Of a stretch of DNA of 64,000 nt, positions 38,288 through 51,600 are shown one piece after another; the stretch's first letter is position 1, and each line of letters begins with the position of its first letter. Below the pieces are notes generated by a model, which had not been told where the DNA came from, searched no databases, and saw only the letters and a list, made by a program, of their open reading frames with translations. This stretch comes from Takakia lepidozioides. Lineage: Eukaryota > Plantae > Bryophyta. The stretch lies in NCBI GenBank assembly GCA_030704615.1, contig CM060733.1:3410001-3474000 (forward strand). The letters are read 5' to 3'. Both the position numbers and the translations under genes were made by a program.

Positions 38288-40530
38288 TGAACAATCCTCA
38301 AGCGTTGCAGAGGACGTATGCAGTGGAGATGGAAACAACACACATAGCATGACACTGCCTTTTGTACTAATGTAGCCCCTCTCAGGGGCTTTGTACATAA
38401 TTCGACTCTGTTTTCAAAGTGAATGTATGTATGTCTGTCTTTGGTGGGGATATGAATCTGAGAGTCTTGCCTCATTCTTGTCAATCTGTCCATCTCTTTT
38501 GGATTTTCCTTCACCATGAAGCTCCTGTGCTCTGCATGGAGCTGATTTGAGCTTCAGATTTTGTTTGACTGAGGGCTGACACCTGCATGCTTTTCCAGTG
38601 TCAATGATTTGGGAGAGCAATGTCAGGCTCGCAATTACTATCACCAGAAGTTTTGCATCTAGGTACTGAGTCGCTGAAGTTCCTGAGCCTTGTCTTTGCC
38701 GTTAGTTTTTAAGCTTTTGCTGCTGAGTTTCACAAATTCAGTGGGGTATCAGCCTGTGACTCATAGGTGTTGCTGTGCAGGTGATGTCGGCCTCTGTATT
38801 TGGGCTTCCTGCAGACGCTATAATTTCCTATTTTCTTACCCTGTGCATCTCTCATTAGACCCCACCCTCCCTCCCTCTCACCCACTTCTATGTTCTCAGA
38901 CACATTTTGAACTGAGTACCAGCAGAATTGTACTGTCCAAACCTACCCGTTGCCGACATCCTAACAATATGTTAACTCTGTCTGTGTAATTTGGAGTCTG
39001 GTTGAAGATTGAGTACTGCAGTGAATGGAGGGAGCCAGTGTGAGATTAGCCAATGGACAGGAATGAACTCTCCGGAGAGAAAATTCACTAGCAATCAAGT
39101 TTCTTCTTACCCTGGCCAGAGGGAGCTTGGCAGACTGACAGTGGCACTTAAAGCACTTGAAGGGTACTGCACCGAGTAATTGGTCAATTTGGTTAACAAT
39201 AAGCACAGCACTTGGCCCCCTCATGTGCAGATCTCAATTGGAGCACTCAGTAGGTAAGGCTTGCTCAGAGAGTACAGGTTTACACTTGCTAAAGTTCAGT
39301 TAGGCTCAATGGTGGATCTGGTTAAGCTTCCAGCACATGCCGCCAGCCCCCGCACCAGGGTCCTCTCTGGCTCAGTAACTCAGTCAGAGAATGAGATCTG
39401 ATCCAAAAAGGACATCCAAAAAGGACATAAAGAGTTTGAGAAATACCACCAAACATTACACTTTCTCTGGAACACTGATGTCCACTCCCATACCCATAAT
39501 GCTGGTGATCATCTTCCTCCTTAGGTTGTGTGACCTCACAGAAATGTCCCCTGGGACATGAGCCAGCCTGAACATGCACACGGAATCAATGGCGTTTAGT
39601 AGGACTTCACACAGAAACACAGCCAAGATTTTTGGGTGCACCCTTGCTAACGAACACAAGGCTCTCATTTAGGCTTCGCTTCAGTTGCTGTCATCTCTCT
39701 CCGAAAAAGATGCATACACTTGCTGGAAGCCATCTCGGCATAGATGTTCAATTGAAAACAACTATTTCACTAGACCACCTGCACAAACAGCCAGAGGTTT
39801 GATCCACCATTGCAACTGGGTTGATTCATGTGGCTGCAATCGCACTGGGGGGAGGGGAAAGAGAGATGCAGTGTGCCACCATAACACTCATCCCCTGATA
39901 GAAGTGTCAATGGCCATGACCTGGAGGTTGATGAGGGAAGAGTGGGAAAGCACACTAGTACAGTCGCCTATCATCTGCTTCTTCTCAAAATCACTGATCT
40001 TCAACATTACTAAAACTCCTGGACAGTGGCTGTCTAAGGTGGTGACCCAGTGACCAACAGATGGGGTATTAGCACAGTGGAAGCCATCATAACCAAATAT
40101 CTCGTGGGGGTACTACCACTGAATAGATAAGAAAAAGTCGCACTGCATGAGCCAATAGAGAAAACCAAGTTGCACTCTGGGAGACTTGGTCCAACTGTAG
40201 TACAACTACATAGAAAGTCCATTCATGAAACTCCTGAAGTGAAACTCTTGTTATTAAGGGCTTGTATTGAATCAGACTAAGAGTGGACACACCCAATGAC
40301 ATTTGCTGGACTCATGTTCAGCAATACTAGTAAAAGTACATAGAAATTCATATGCTGAAACCCTAACCATGAAACATCATATATACTGAAGGATTGTACA
40401 ATATCTAGAAATTCTATTCCTATAACTGTAGTCGCAAGACACAAAAATCCATCTTGATTGGAGACCTGAAATGAACAAGGAGGGAATGCTTATCTAGCCT
40501 CGCTACACAGATTTAGGGGGTGTTGATGAG

Positions 40531-41832
40531 CTAGACAAATGGCAACAGAGTATACTCAGCATAAAATAAATTCCAGATGAACCGGTAAAAACTAGCAATC
40601 CCTTCCTTCGAGTACTTTGATGTATCTAACAACCATGTCTGGTAAACCAGAGCTAATGCCAAAGCCGCGTGGCCAAGCACCATCACTTGGCCCCTAAAAG
40701 CGTGGGGTACATAGAGCCCTGCAATGATTGCCCCAACATAATTAGCAAGAAGTAACCCCGCCCCAAGAAACGAGATGTTTCGAACCCCAAGCTTCGTTGC
40801 AAATGTCGAGATGTTAAACTTCCTGTCGCCTTCAATGTCAGGCAAGTCTTTGGTGATGGCAATCACAATGGCAAAGACAGTAACAAAGATGGTGATGAAG
40901 ACAATCGAGGGGCTCCATTGGAACGGAAGTCCAAGGGCTGCCCTTGTTGCATAGTAAACCCCAAAGTTAAGCAAAAACCCCCGCACTGTAGCAATGATCA
41001 GAAAGGCAGGGATTGCGTACTGTTTCAACCGCAAAGGTGGAACAGAGTAGATTCCTCCAAGAAAAAGACCAAAGGAATACAGTCCAGTGACGAGCGGGCC
41101 AAAATGTGTGGCCACAATCCCTACCCCTAATGTGGCTAATGCAACAACAAGGCACCATGCAGCTGGGATAGAGAGATCCCCGGCTGCAATTGGCAAGAAA
41201 GGTTTGTTAACTTTGTCAATGCCGACATCATAGATCTGATTGATTCCAACAATGAAACCATTTCCACACAGAAGAGCCAGAAGGCCTCTCATTGCCTTTG
41301 GCATGAGCCACCAGTTGATCAAATGTGAGTTTTCACTCAACGCCCTCGCCACCAGCGCTGTGGTACCAATCATCGTCCCTCGGATGGTATGGGGACGAAG
41401 AAATCGCCAAAAAGCATCCTGGAACTGTGCAATCCTTTGAGGCAAAGGAGCACTTTCTGCGACCAAAACAGGATCACGAGATCCAACATTTTCATCCGGG
41501 AACTGCTTGGTAGAATCGGCAGGCACACCTCCATAGCTTTCGCCTGCTACGCTGCAACACACCATACACGGCCGTATCAAGCTTTTTCTGGCGTCCGAGC
41601 TCTTCAAACCTCTCCATACAGCATTTGAAGCGTGCAGCCCGTTCCATAACTCCCCTGAGAGCCGTCTCCCGCATTTCCACCTCAATTTTGGTCCTCTCTG
41701 AACAGAATTTTCTTGCGAAGAGCTACATTCCAAATCAGAGTAGTTGAAAGAAGTGGGATGGTTGGCGCTTGACGAAAGAGAGACCGAGTGAACGCGGCCC
41801 CACGCTGGGGAGGAGACACACCACGACGCCAT
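40531..41832 (-). CDS. HST: Homogentisate solanesyltransferase (UbiA prenyltransferase, plastoquinone synthesis) with probable plastid transit peptide, no intron in CDS
   Basis: [38 protein letters not shown] and [13 protein letters not shown], with a Ser-rich N-terminus. First ATG at 41832 gives 433 aa. Confidence 0.92.
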   Translation of the reverse strand: MASWCVSSPAWGRVHSVSLSSSANHPTSFNYSDLECSSSQENSVQRGPKLRWKCGRRLSGELWNGLHASNAVWRGLKSSDARKSLIRPCMVCCSVAGESYGGVPADSTKQFPDENVGSRDPVLVAESAPLPQRIAQFQDAFWRFLRPHTIRGTMIGTTALVARALSENSHLINWWLMPKAMRGLLALLCGNGFIVGINQIYDVGIDKVNKPFLPIAAGDLSIPAAWCLVVALATLGVGIVATHFGPLVTGLYSFGLFLGGIYSVPPLRLKQYAIPAFLIIATVRGFLLNFGVYYATRAALGLPFQWSPSIVFITIFVTVFAIVIAITKDLPDIEGDRKFNISTFATKLGVRNISFLGAGLLLANYVGAIIAGLYVPHAFRGQVMVLGHAALALALVYQTWLLDTSKYSKEGIASFYRFIWNLFYAEYTLLPFV

Positions 41833-43365
41833 AGCTGCTGCGGGAACCCTGGACGACACCCGTGATTACACTCCCGAGCTCACGTTCCCAACAAAGATTA
41901 CCGGGAACACATAACCTCCGAAACGGTCCTCGGGACGATCACGATGCTCCCTCTTCCTACTTGTTTTGTATGAGTTTTGTGGAAGTGTAGACAGATTGTA
42001 TATGCATTTGCAACGAGACAGCAGAGTGTAATTGTGACAGTCAATCTGCAAGCGCTAACAATCTAAGACATTCCACTGCATAAAAATCAATCACTTATAT
42101 CGATTCTCATCTAACAATCTTGACAGTTCAATGCTCTAGTCGACCAACAGTGTTTTGTATCTTAATAGCTGTAGGACGTAGATGCTACATGGCATCAACG
42201 ATACTAATGTGGGCCACAGAGAGAGAGAGAGGTTTGACAGGCATCACGGAGACATCACTTGCTCACATCACTCACTTGTCATAACCACCGACGACTCTCG
42301 GTGTTGCCTGTTCCGTGTTATCCGAGTGCTCTACCCTTTTGTGCAACCAGAGAATGCCGGCCCCACTCCCTATGCTCCTCCTCTGCCCTAGATCCTCACA
42401 TTCTCTACCGTCAGCGAGTCCATGTTTTCAGATAGGCCTGCTCTCTAAGTTATTTAAACAAGGCGTCCAGAGGACTAGCAGGACACGCACGCACACATAC
42501 CTTCCTTGACGTGATCTGTTGTGCACCTCGACTCCCTCTCTCTGAAAATCCCGCTTTCATTCCTTACACTCGATGTAACCAAAGTGCAGTTCCCTCTGAT
42601 GATCTGAGGATAAGTTCCTTATTCTGAAATCGGGAAATCCGCAAATTTCTCTTCGAAGCTTTGCTTTCAACTCCAGTTAAAGTCTCTCGATCTCTCTCAG
42701 ATTTCACATAACAGCAGAATCTGAACACCGCCAAAAGATTCTGAGTTGTTCCACTAAGAATCGGAGATTTTGCATTTGCTGAGTAAGATAAAGAGAAAAC
42801 GCTGTACTACGTGTAGACTAGACAGTAGGCTAGCTGCCCTCCCCTATCATGGCCGGTATTTACCGGTAAAAGACGGTTCGAAACCGGTGACTTCTGGTAA
42901 GACTTTCTGGAAACGTGTCAGATAGCTACTGGAATACTGAAAGTGCGTGATGCGATGTGCGGCTCGATGCCAACAGCGCACAGAAACGACCCATCCACGA
43001 GGAAACATTCTTCTTTTCTTTCTTTTCTTTTTTTTGACAAAGGGAACTTACTTTTTATTTTTATTTTAAAAAAACATATTAAAAGCTCAGGAAAAATAAT
43101 CTTGGGAAATGCCATTCAATGCTTACATTGGAGGATACCGTAGTATCCAGGACGCACTGGGGGCTATAAACTATAAGTGTTAACTATTAACCTTTTTTAT
43201 TAATTTGTTCAAAGGGGAGGATGCCCTTTAAATCATATTAAAGAAGTCCTGGAAAAAATAACCAGAACAGAATTAATGCTTTCTTTCTAAACCTTGAAAA
43301 GTTTAGATAAAGTATTGTTGTTTATCTTATTTCTATTTCGGGAAAGGGGGCGGTGTCCTTTATTT

Positions 43366-43606
43366 CCACGAGTAGGTGGATAGAGCACTGAGTGCCACCC
43401 AGGTGATCTGGGTTCGAATCCTGCTACCTTGTAGGGTGTGGTATGCGTATGATCCCCCTTCCCTTGGGTGGTGTCCTTGAGCCTTCTGCTTGGGGAGGTT
43501 AGGTACTAAGAAAGCGGTTATTTTCCTCTCACTGTAATTAAGCGCCTGATTTGTAAGTCACGGTCGCTCCTGGGTGTTTTCGTGTTTTCCCTTAAAAAAT
43601 AAAAAA
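43366..43606 (+). mobile_element. tRNA-derived SINE-like element
   Basis: A-box-like ggtggatagagc, anticodon-arm-like ctgag-tgcca-cccag, perfect B box GGTTCGAATCC (43411-43421), an unrelated body, and an A-rich tail at 43594-43606. Confidence 0.6.
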
Positions 43607-46299
43607 CTATAACCCAGACTTTATATGGGATTATTGTTCTCTTTTAATTACTCTCTACTATAACTAGTAAAGTTGCCCGCTGCCCGAATCTTGTGGAGCG
43701 GAGGTGGCGGGTACCCGCGGTTAGCAAGTGGGACACGCCCTGGGCACACGGGCTGCCTCGCAGCCCACGTATGAGAGGGTTTGCAATGATGGATTCGATC
43801 AGAAATTGAGGAGGGCCTTCCCAACTCGATTCACAACATTGGCACCAGAAAACATGCCCAAGTTTTTCCAAAAAACCAAAAAGGTGGCAAGATACAAAAT
43901 GCAATATGTGGATCCCCTCTGAAAAATTAGGAGAAGGTGGCAGACATCATGAGGCATGTTGATGTGGAATTTGAACTCAATTGGCACCGTTTACGAAGTT
44001 CGATAAGATTGGTGAAATTCTTTCCTACTTTGCAAAGATCTCAAAAACTTTTTGTATTCACAAAATTGGTATAAGGTTCCAATTCCTACCGCCGAATGTC
44101 ACGAAATTTTAGTCAATGTAGCAGATGTAGTTAACAACATGATTAAATGACGAATGTTTGAAGATCTGCTAAAAGTCTTAGTTATAAATAAAAAGGTGAT
44201 AGGAAGTTCAGATTTGCAGATTTTTGTCTGAGGTAAGTGTTGAGTGGCCATCACTCCTTCTCAGATTGGGCTTTTCATTTTTCAAAAGTAGCCACCTCTG
44301 TATTATACCCAACACCCCAGGCGGCGAAAAAAACGAGCTGGCACCTCTAGAGAGGCCGCTCAATGACAGGTGGCATGTTCTAACAAGTCCACAATGGCAG
44401 TCATACAGATTTTCAAGCGACAGTCGCCAAATTTTTTAAAAACAGGCTTTCATTTCCCTTCAGTGAATGTAAGAGTCCCCCGAGAAAAGGGGAGCCTTTT
44501 GGCGAAAGTTCACCAAGAAAAAATGGCTGCTCCTTCTGTCTGATCCACTAATCTTTAGGCATGGTGCACAGGCGTAAAGTTCTGTCAAGTTTTGGCCTTT
44601 CTATGTTAGGGACAGTTCTCAGGCAGAACTTTGACCTTCTGCCGTTTAGGTCTGCTGCGACGTTTTTTTTCGTATTTTCTCCTCTCGCTGAAATTAAGGG
44701 GCCTGATTTGTGAGAGGTCCTCCCTCCGTTTGTCTTTTTATAGAAAGAAAACGAAATCAAGCGACTTGCCGTCTTGTATATGTTTTTCTTTTCTTTTCTT
44801 TTTTGTATATGTCTTTGTCAGTGTAGTGGTGCTCACAGACTGATGAGGGAAGGAAAGCGCTTTACAGATGCTCTGAAAGGAGAGGGCAGACTTCTTCTCG
44901 CGGACTTCCAATAAGAAAGGGAAGATGGGTGTGCAAAATTCATGCTAGTGGTCCCCTGACATACCTCTACTTCAAGTTATTTTCAATCTCAGAATGCTAC
45001 CATACTAGGGGGTTGTAGTTCCTTAAAAAAAATACTAGGGGGATTGTAGCCCTTTAGAATTGCAGTAAGAGGGAGCCATGGGGAAAATAACCCTGGCAAA
45101 AGTCCATAAAGGCTTACATCGAGTGGGTAGCACCCATCCATCATTAAAACCGCTATCCAGATCACTGAAGCTGAGAGAAAAATACCCCCCTTTCTGAGGG
45201 GACAGAGAGCCCCAGCACCAAGGCATCGACCACAGGGGATTGAATGCAGACCCACTGACAATGCCATTCCCCAAGTATGTATATGGGCTGGGAGCTTCAT
45301 ATTTCAAGCATTCTAGCCTACCTAATTTCAGTCTGCCAGCAAATATGTCATTTGTCATTACCGACAAGATGCTATTAACTGCAGCTCTCATGTCTGACTG
45401 ACTTACATTAGATAGCCCAACCGATAAAGCCACCCAAAACCAATTTACTACTCAACATTCTTATTTTAGAACACACCTCCTATCTCCGTCTGCAGACCAC
45501 GCAGGCTTCACCTGATTTGGCTTTGATGATCACATTATAACCGTTGTCTGATGCAGGAAATCCTGGCCGCAAGATGTTTTGGAGCAGAGGGATCGATTCA
45601 GACTGAAACACATAGGACTCAGGAGGCCCGGCTGGTGGATGAGTACTTGGTCGGTAAGCGTTCATCCGTCCAGTCATCGTCACTCGCCGCCTGTGAATAC
45701 GTGCAAGGGCATGTCAACGGGCAGATTGGGCAGCGCCGCCACGTTTGGGGCCACACACCCGTGTGTGTTTGTCGTGCCGCTGGCCCCGCACCTCACCCAT
45801 CCTGGGCTCAAATCCACTTACTCCATCCCCCGTGACTAGTTTATCCCAGAGATAATCTGGCAAAACGCCGGCTTAATGTAGTCAAATCGGATTTGTTTAT
45901 GGACTTGCTATTCGGGTTGCATCGTGGCCGTGCGATGGAACTGCTGAGCATCATGACCGTTACAGCGCAAACAGCATTCAAAATTTCAAATGAGTAAAAA
46001 CAAATAACGCAGCTGGCGAAACCCCGTACTTCTTGGCTATACTGGGGTGGCGTAAATGAAGAAGGTTTAGCCATAAAGCTACTGACAATGTTGCGAGAAG
46101 GACAGACTTACGACGGTCGCAAGAATCATTAGGTACGGGCCTTTGGATTGTACTTTATTATTAGTTCCATTATCTAATTTTGTCGTCGGTTATGTCGGGA
46201 GGGCCTTTGACTACTCAAACAGTTGACGAGTCAGTTACTTGGTTTCTCTTCCAAAGTTTGCAAGAGAGGCGGTGTAGGTTTGAACCCACCACCGCTGTG

Positions 46300-46760
46300 C
46301 AGCGGTGCCCTAACCTCGGTGTTTCGCCACCCGCCTCCTCGAGTTGCGCCATGGTTTCGCCAGAGGGGCCTCTAGTGCGCAATAGCCAGCGTGGCCATCG
46401 CCAGCGGCGCCGCGCAAGTTGGTTCATCAGTCCCGGTAGAAATCACGGCGCGGGTGGTGACACTGGACGGCCCGCGAAAAGACGGGCTGTGATGGGGATG
46501 GTTTGAGTTGGGAAATGCGCGGGAAGGCGAGCGGGCAGGGCCGGGCTGGGCAGGAGGGGGGCTACGCTAACGGTCATGGGGGGCAGCGTGTGGGCCCGGC
46601 CCGGCCCGGCCTTCTCTTGGGTCCCCTTCAACCGTTGGCTCTTCTCGCGTGTGCGGGCTCTGCATCGCTCGTCTCTCTGTGCTTCTTGTTGCTGCAGCGT
46701 CTGCGGGGCTTGAGGACCAGGGGAGCTTGTGAGGAAGGCCGGGAGGAGGAGGAGGAGGTA
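46300..46760 (+). promoter_or_regulatory. GC-rich promoter / first non-coding exon of the LIN52-like gene, with an E2F-consensus site
   Basis: CpG-rich island. CCGCGAAA at 46472-46479 (reverse complement TTTCGCGG, matching WTTSSCSS). GGCCC repeats. Donor GAG|GTAAGT at ~46757, followed by a CT-rich intron. Confidence 0.45.
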
Positions 46761-48690
46761 AGTTAGGTCTTGGCTGGCCTTTTCTTGCTTGGCTGCCTGC
46801 TTGTTTGGTTTTGACTCTCGTCTTGCGGAATTGCGATCCACGTTCGACAGCTCTTCACCGTCCTCTGTGTGTCTGTCTTTCTCTGTCTCTATCTGTCTTT
46901 CTCTTGCTGTTTCTTTTTGTCTGTCGTCTTACCGAGGCCTGGAGTTCGGTGGCTGCCCTGGTGAGGTGGTAGGTGCTTAATGCCCCTTGCTTTGCGGGTT
47001 TGTGTGCTGCACAAATTGGTCCGCTTCAACAGCTCTTCCTCTTTGTCTTTTCTTTCTCTTATCTTTTGTTTTTCTTAGGCCTGTAAGCCCTGGGTAGTGA
47101 GAAGGTGGCTCTGTCAAGTTCCATATGTCATCTGATTTTAGATTTTGTCTTCCTTCCTCGAAAATTTGATCTAGTGCACTTGCTTTCTCTGATCCTGTCT
47201 CGCCTTTGCGTCGTTCTTTTGGTTTCCTTGATGCCTGGGTCCTAGGGACTACCGGGAGATTAGATGCCACTGCTGGTCACTGACATTGCAACATCTGGTA
47301 GTAAGGATTAACTCATCTTCATTGTCCGCTCTGTAGTTGGTCTTCGTCTTTTCTTGTATATTCGGTAAACTTTTTTTTCTGTCCTCATTTCCTCGCCTTC
47401 GTCCTGTTCCCGTTCTGGCCACTTAGATAGGTATATCCCCATTGTCTTGTGAGGCCCTTGGGCCCCTTGTTTTCTAGGTTCCCCCTGTTTTTAAGGCCTG
47501 CTCTTGCTATCCTGGAACTCCAAAATGTAGGATTCACGTTGTTGATACTGGTCTTTCTGTCCCTATCTGGTATAGCTGTGCTTTCCTACAGGCCTCTGTT
47601 CTTCAGCATCAGATTTCCATATACGCTCCAAAGCCCTGTCTCTCTTTCTTGGTCTTCTTGCTAGGTTTTCTCTAAAGTCCCTCGATGATACTTGTCCCAC
47701 CAGTCCCCCTCAACTCCTCTCTTGCATTTGCGTCTGCCGTCTTTTACCCTTGCTCTCTCCCCCTTATTGGACCAAGCAGCAGAGAAAGGAAAACGATCAC
47801 CATGCCTCAGTTTAGCCTTCCTATTCCCATTTTCAGCAGCCCTGGAGGTTTCGGCCCTTCCATCTATGCTGGCTTTCATATTAGTTGTCCTGCCAGTGAT
47901 GAATGTAAAGTTTGAGGGTCTTAGTGTCAGTCTCCCTTCCACTGTCATCTTCTTTGGCATTGCTCCAAAGTGAAAATGAGATGCAACCAAACAGTTTATA
48001 AACGAAGGAGAAGTAAGTGCCCTGGCAGCTAGGGCATAAAGCTTTGTGTTTTACCTTCCCTGTTACGCATGTGGTATCCAGGAGGTCAAAATCATTGTCT
48101 GCTTTTCCCTAGGAGGTTTAGTTTTATCTCATGTGTTTTGCTTGTGTTTCATGGTGCCATGACATTAAGTCTTTTGTGACTGACATCTCCTTACATAAAC
48201 TCCCAACTGCACCACCATCAGGGCTTGTTGTCTGGTTGCCACTCTGCTTGGAGTCGGCATGTAATGATATTTTGTGTTTCGCTTATGCAGGTTTAGAGAG
48301 CAAAAGGGAAAATAAAATCATGGCTATGGTGTGCTATCGAGGAGAAGTGCCGAGTGGCGTTTCTACTGTACTATGGAGTATGGGGTTCATAACGGCTTGA
48401 ATGTTACTTCCTATGATGTACATAGGGTCAGTTTGTCGCAGAAAAAATGGAGTACAGAGATGGTGACCACATGTTGGTTAGCAGATCTTGCCCTCAATCC
48501 ATGTGAAACGGGCGAGTCCATTGCATACAACCTGCGAGCTCAGTTTATGGCTGGGATGTTTGGACTCACTTGTAAGCGTTGCAGACACTTAAGGAGAAAG
48601 GGAACGCATGGATAGCTGCATCGGAGGAAGGCACAGGAGCCAATTCTGTGAGTAAGACCTGGAGTTACATTGTGGGAAGCACAAGTGGTA

Positions 48691-51600
48691 ATGAGTTCGG
48701 TAGTTGAGGAGGCTGGCAATAAGCATGCTGGGCATGTGGTGCCATCTTTTTCATTGCAGCATAATGCTACTGTTGGAGAATCCCACTCGGGCTCTCCTTT
48801 TTGGTACTCTGACACGAAAAAGCTGGAATGTTGCTCGCCTCCAGAGGAAGGTGGGCATTGCCCTCCAGGTCCTTTCGATCTTTGAATGGCATAGTTGTGT
48901 GTGACTGCATTTTTGTTAAAGAGATCGAATGTTCACTTGCAGAACTTCCAAAAGGACCACCATTCAAGGTAGAAGTAAGGGACATTCCTTAACTGTAGCA
49001 TGTAGACAGATTTCTGAGATGCAGAATCTGCCATATGCCAGGTGTTCAATCCAAGAGCAGAGAGATTGGTTGTCCTTCACGATACAGCGAATTCAAGTCT
49101 TAGGTTGGATTCAGTGTCATTGGCATGTGTTGAAAATAGGTACTTTCTTTGCATTGAGTTCATTTTTTCTTGCGTTGTTTCTCAGCAACTACACCCACTC
49201 TGAAGGGCACTGCAAGGAGGGAGGTCAAGCATAAAGCAGATGCTGGGTCTATAGAGGCATCAAGTCTTCCTCACTGGATGGATCCAATGAGAGTAAGTTT
49301 CTCATACATGTTTGAACCCTTTGCTTCAGTTTTGTATTATTAGATGGACGTTACCAAAAAAACCTGGGTTAGGTCTTCAAACTTGTAGTCAGGGTTCTAG
49401 AAGTTGAGGTGTCCATGGCCTTTTCGATTCTCTCGAGTGAGATGCAGGATTGTCATGCTTTCCAACTTCATGTCCTCTACACATTGCACAGTATTCACTC
49501 TGTGATCAATGATGAGAACTAAGGAAGCTGATGTCAGGCATGGGACAAACACACAATTAGACAAAAAGCATCACCTCCTGCGTGTTCTTCCAAGTAGTGA
49601 AAAAATCTGGAACTTTAGGCTAGATGTTTACGTCTGGAGAAAGCAATTTCGATGTACTTGGGGCTCCTTTGCTTCTTCCTCTGTAGTAGTCTCATTCCTG
49701 CCAGTCTTGGCGACAGCAAAATCACAGCCACATGTTTCAGTGCAGGTTTGAGGTCATACTCTCTTGCATTCCATCCCTTCATCAATTTGCACTCCCCTGT
49801 TTTTGGCAGAGTGCTTTGCCAATCTAAATCTACTGGCTACCCCCTCATGGTTGGCCTATACAATCCTACCCAACGTTTGTGACATACAGGTACCTGGAGG
49901 CACTTCAGAGAAGAGTTGCAAGGGGGAGGTCACACCTGCTCCAGGCCCTTCCACCCCTATGCAAGGCACCCCTTCCCAGCAAAAGCTGCAGCCAAGGGAG
50001 ACCCCTGAGCCTTGCTCCAATTATTCCGATACCACAAGCAATTTGCCAGGGGTTCGGGCAACCAAGAACTTGTGGAGCCAGCAGGCCCTGTCAAAAACAG
50101 TGCAGGTGTCATCAGTTCCTGTACAGGTACACACTAAAAATGTTACTGTCAAGTCCTGACTCTACTCAGTGGATTCTTGGTTTTGTTTTGAGGGTGCTAA
50201 GTGTGTCAGTCTTCATTTGATCTCTTGATATCTGAATTGTGCTTCAGGAACTGTCACAACAGCAGAAGGAGAACGTCCTTTCACTGACTGCACCAAATCT
50301 TCGCCATTCACAGTTGAGTCAAGTAGGATCTCAATCGGTACACAAAGGGGGTTCTTCCCTCTCCCAATCACACCCTCGCATAGGGCACCCTCCATTGAAC
50401 CGAGCGCTGGCCACTCTTGGGACACCAAAGAAGCCTCTTTTGGGTGATGAACTGCAACTGCAACTGCATTCTAAGCCGACCCAACAGCCCATATCAGGTT
50501 CGTCAGAGCTGCGGCCTGGTTCGCATCCTTCCCCAACTCCCAAGACCTACCATTTGGGCAGGGACAACCGATCAACTTTCTTGACCCTCAATCAAAAATG
50601 TTCTGGAACAGGTAGTGAACAGCCTATCGCAGTGCCAAAGCCCGAGCCTCTTGAGAATTCTGTTCCACTACCTCTTTCTATTGGTCCGGGACAAACAGTG
50701 CAGGACATTGGTCACCTTGGTCACAAGAAACCAGAGCATGAGAGCTCGGATGTGCATGCAGGGCTGACTCTTGGTTTGCAGACAGTGCCAGAGATCCGTA
50801 TGTGGCGCAGCAAGTTACCCACTAGCCAGACTTGGCCTGACCTGCATACACCTTCATTCAGCTCCTTAGCTCCTGGTGCGAAGGCAGAGAGGTTTAATCA
50901 AACAAGTGGGCCTTCTTTTGCCCCAAAGACCCCAATTGAAGGTATTGCATTCATGCAGTTGCTGCAGGGAGCGGCGATGGACACTGAGGTGGAGCAACCT
51001 CAAAATATGGGTGATGTCCAGATTAGGGAGGCCGAAAGCAGAAACTTGATTGTTGAGCAAGTGGGGAAACGTAAACAAACTTGCATACCATACAAGCAGC
51101 GTCATCCATTTGGAGGTTCTGAGGGAGGCCTTAGTCAAGTACAAGAGCACTTTTTGTCACTGAGAGCGGAACATGCTTTGAACCCCTTTGTGGATACCTG
51201 TCATGAACGGTCGAAGAAAAGAGTGAAGAGGAGGCCTATCAACCAGACAAGCATCCCGGGGCCTGTAGTTATGACTGTCGACAGAGATCAGTGGTCTAGC
51301 CAAACAGTTTCTCAGATGGACAGTGGTGGTACACAGTTTCACAGAAAACACAACTTCTTTCCAGACAAACTCAGCCATGAGGACTCGGCCACATCCTCCC
51401 CAGTGGGTGGGTCGGCTATGAGCCTGTTGCAAAGGAAGCCTAAGGATTTGCCTGGGATGCTTGAGCCAGGGGATGAGAGTGCAGCTAATGGCAACAATCC
51501 TGCATCTGGGACTGTGATTGAGAAGGTACTAGCCAAGATCCTGGACATGCCGACTTCAGAGAACAAGACGGTGGTGGTGAAGAAAACTCCAAAGAGGGTC

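Noticed and set aside
37171-38517. Antisense ORFs over fructokinase (and similar ones over HST, PPR and the retroelement)
   Set aside because: Shadow frames of real coding sequence with no independent motifs.
43650-43700. Helitron terminus (tctctactata...actagt...gcccg)
   Set aside because: No complete hairpin and no matching other end found.
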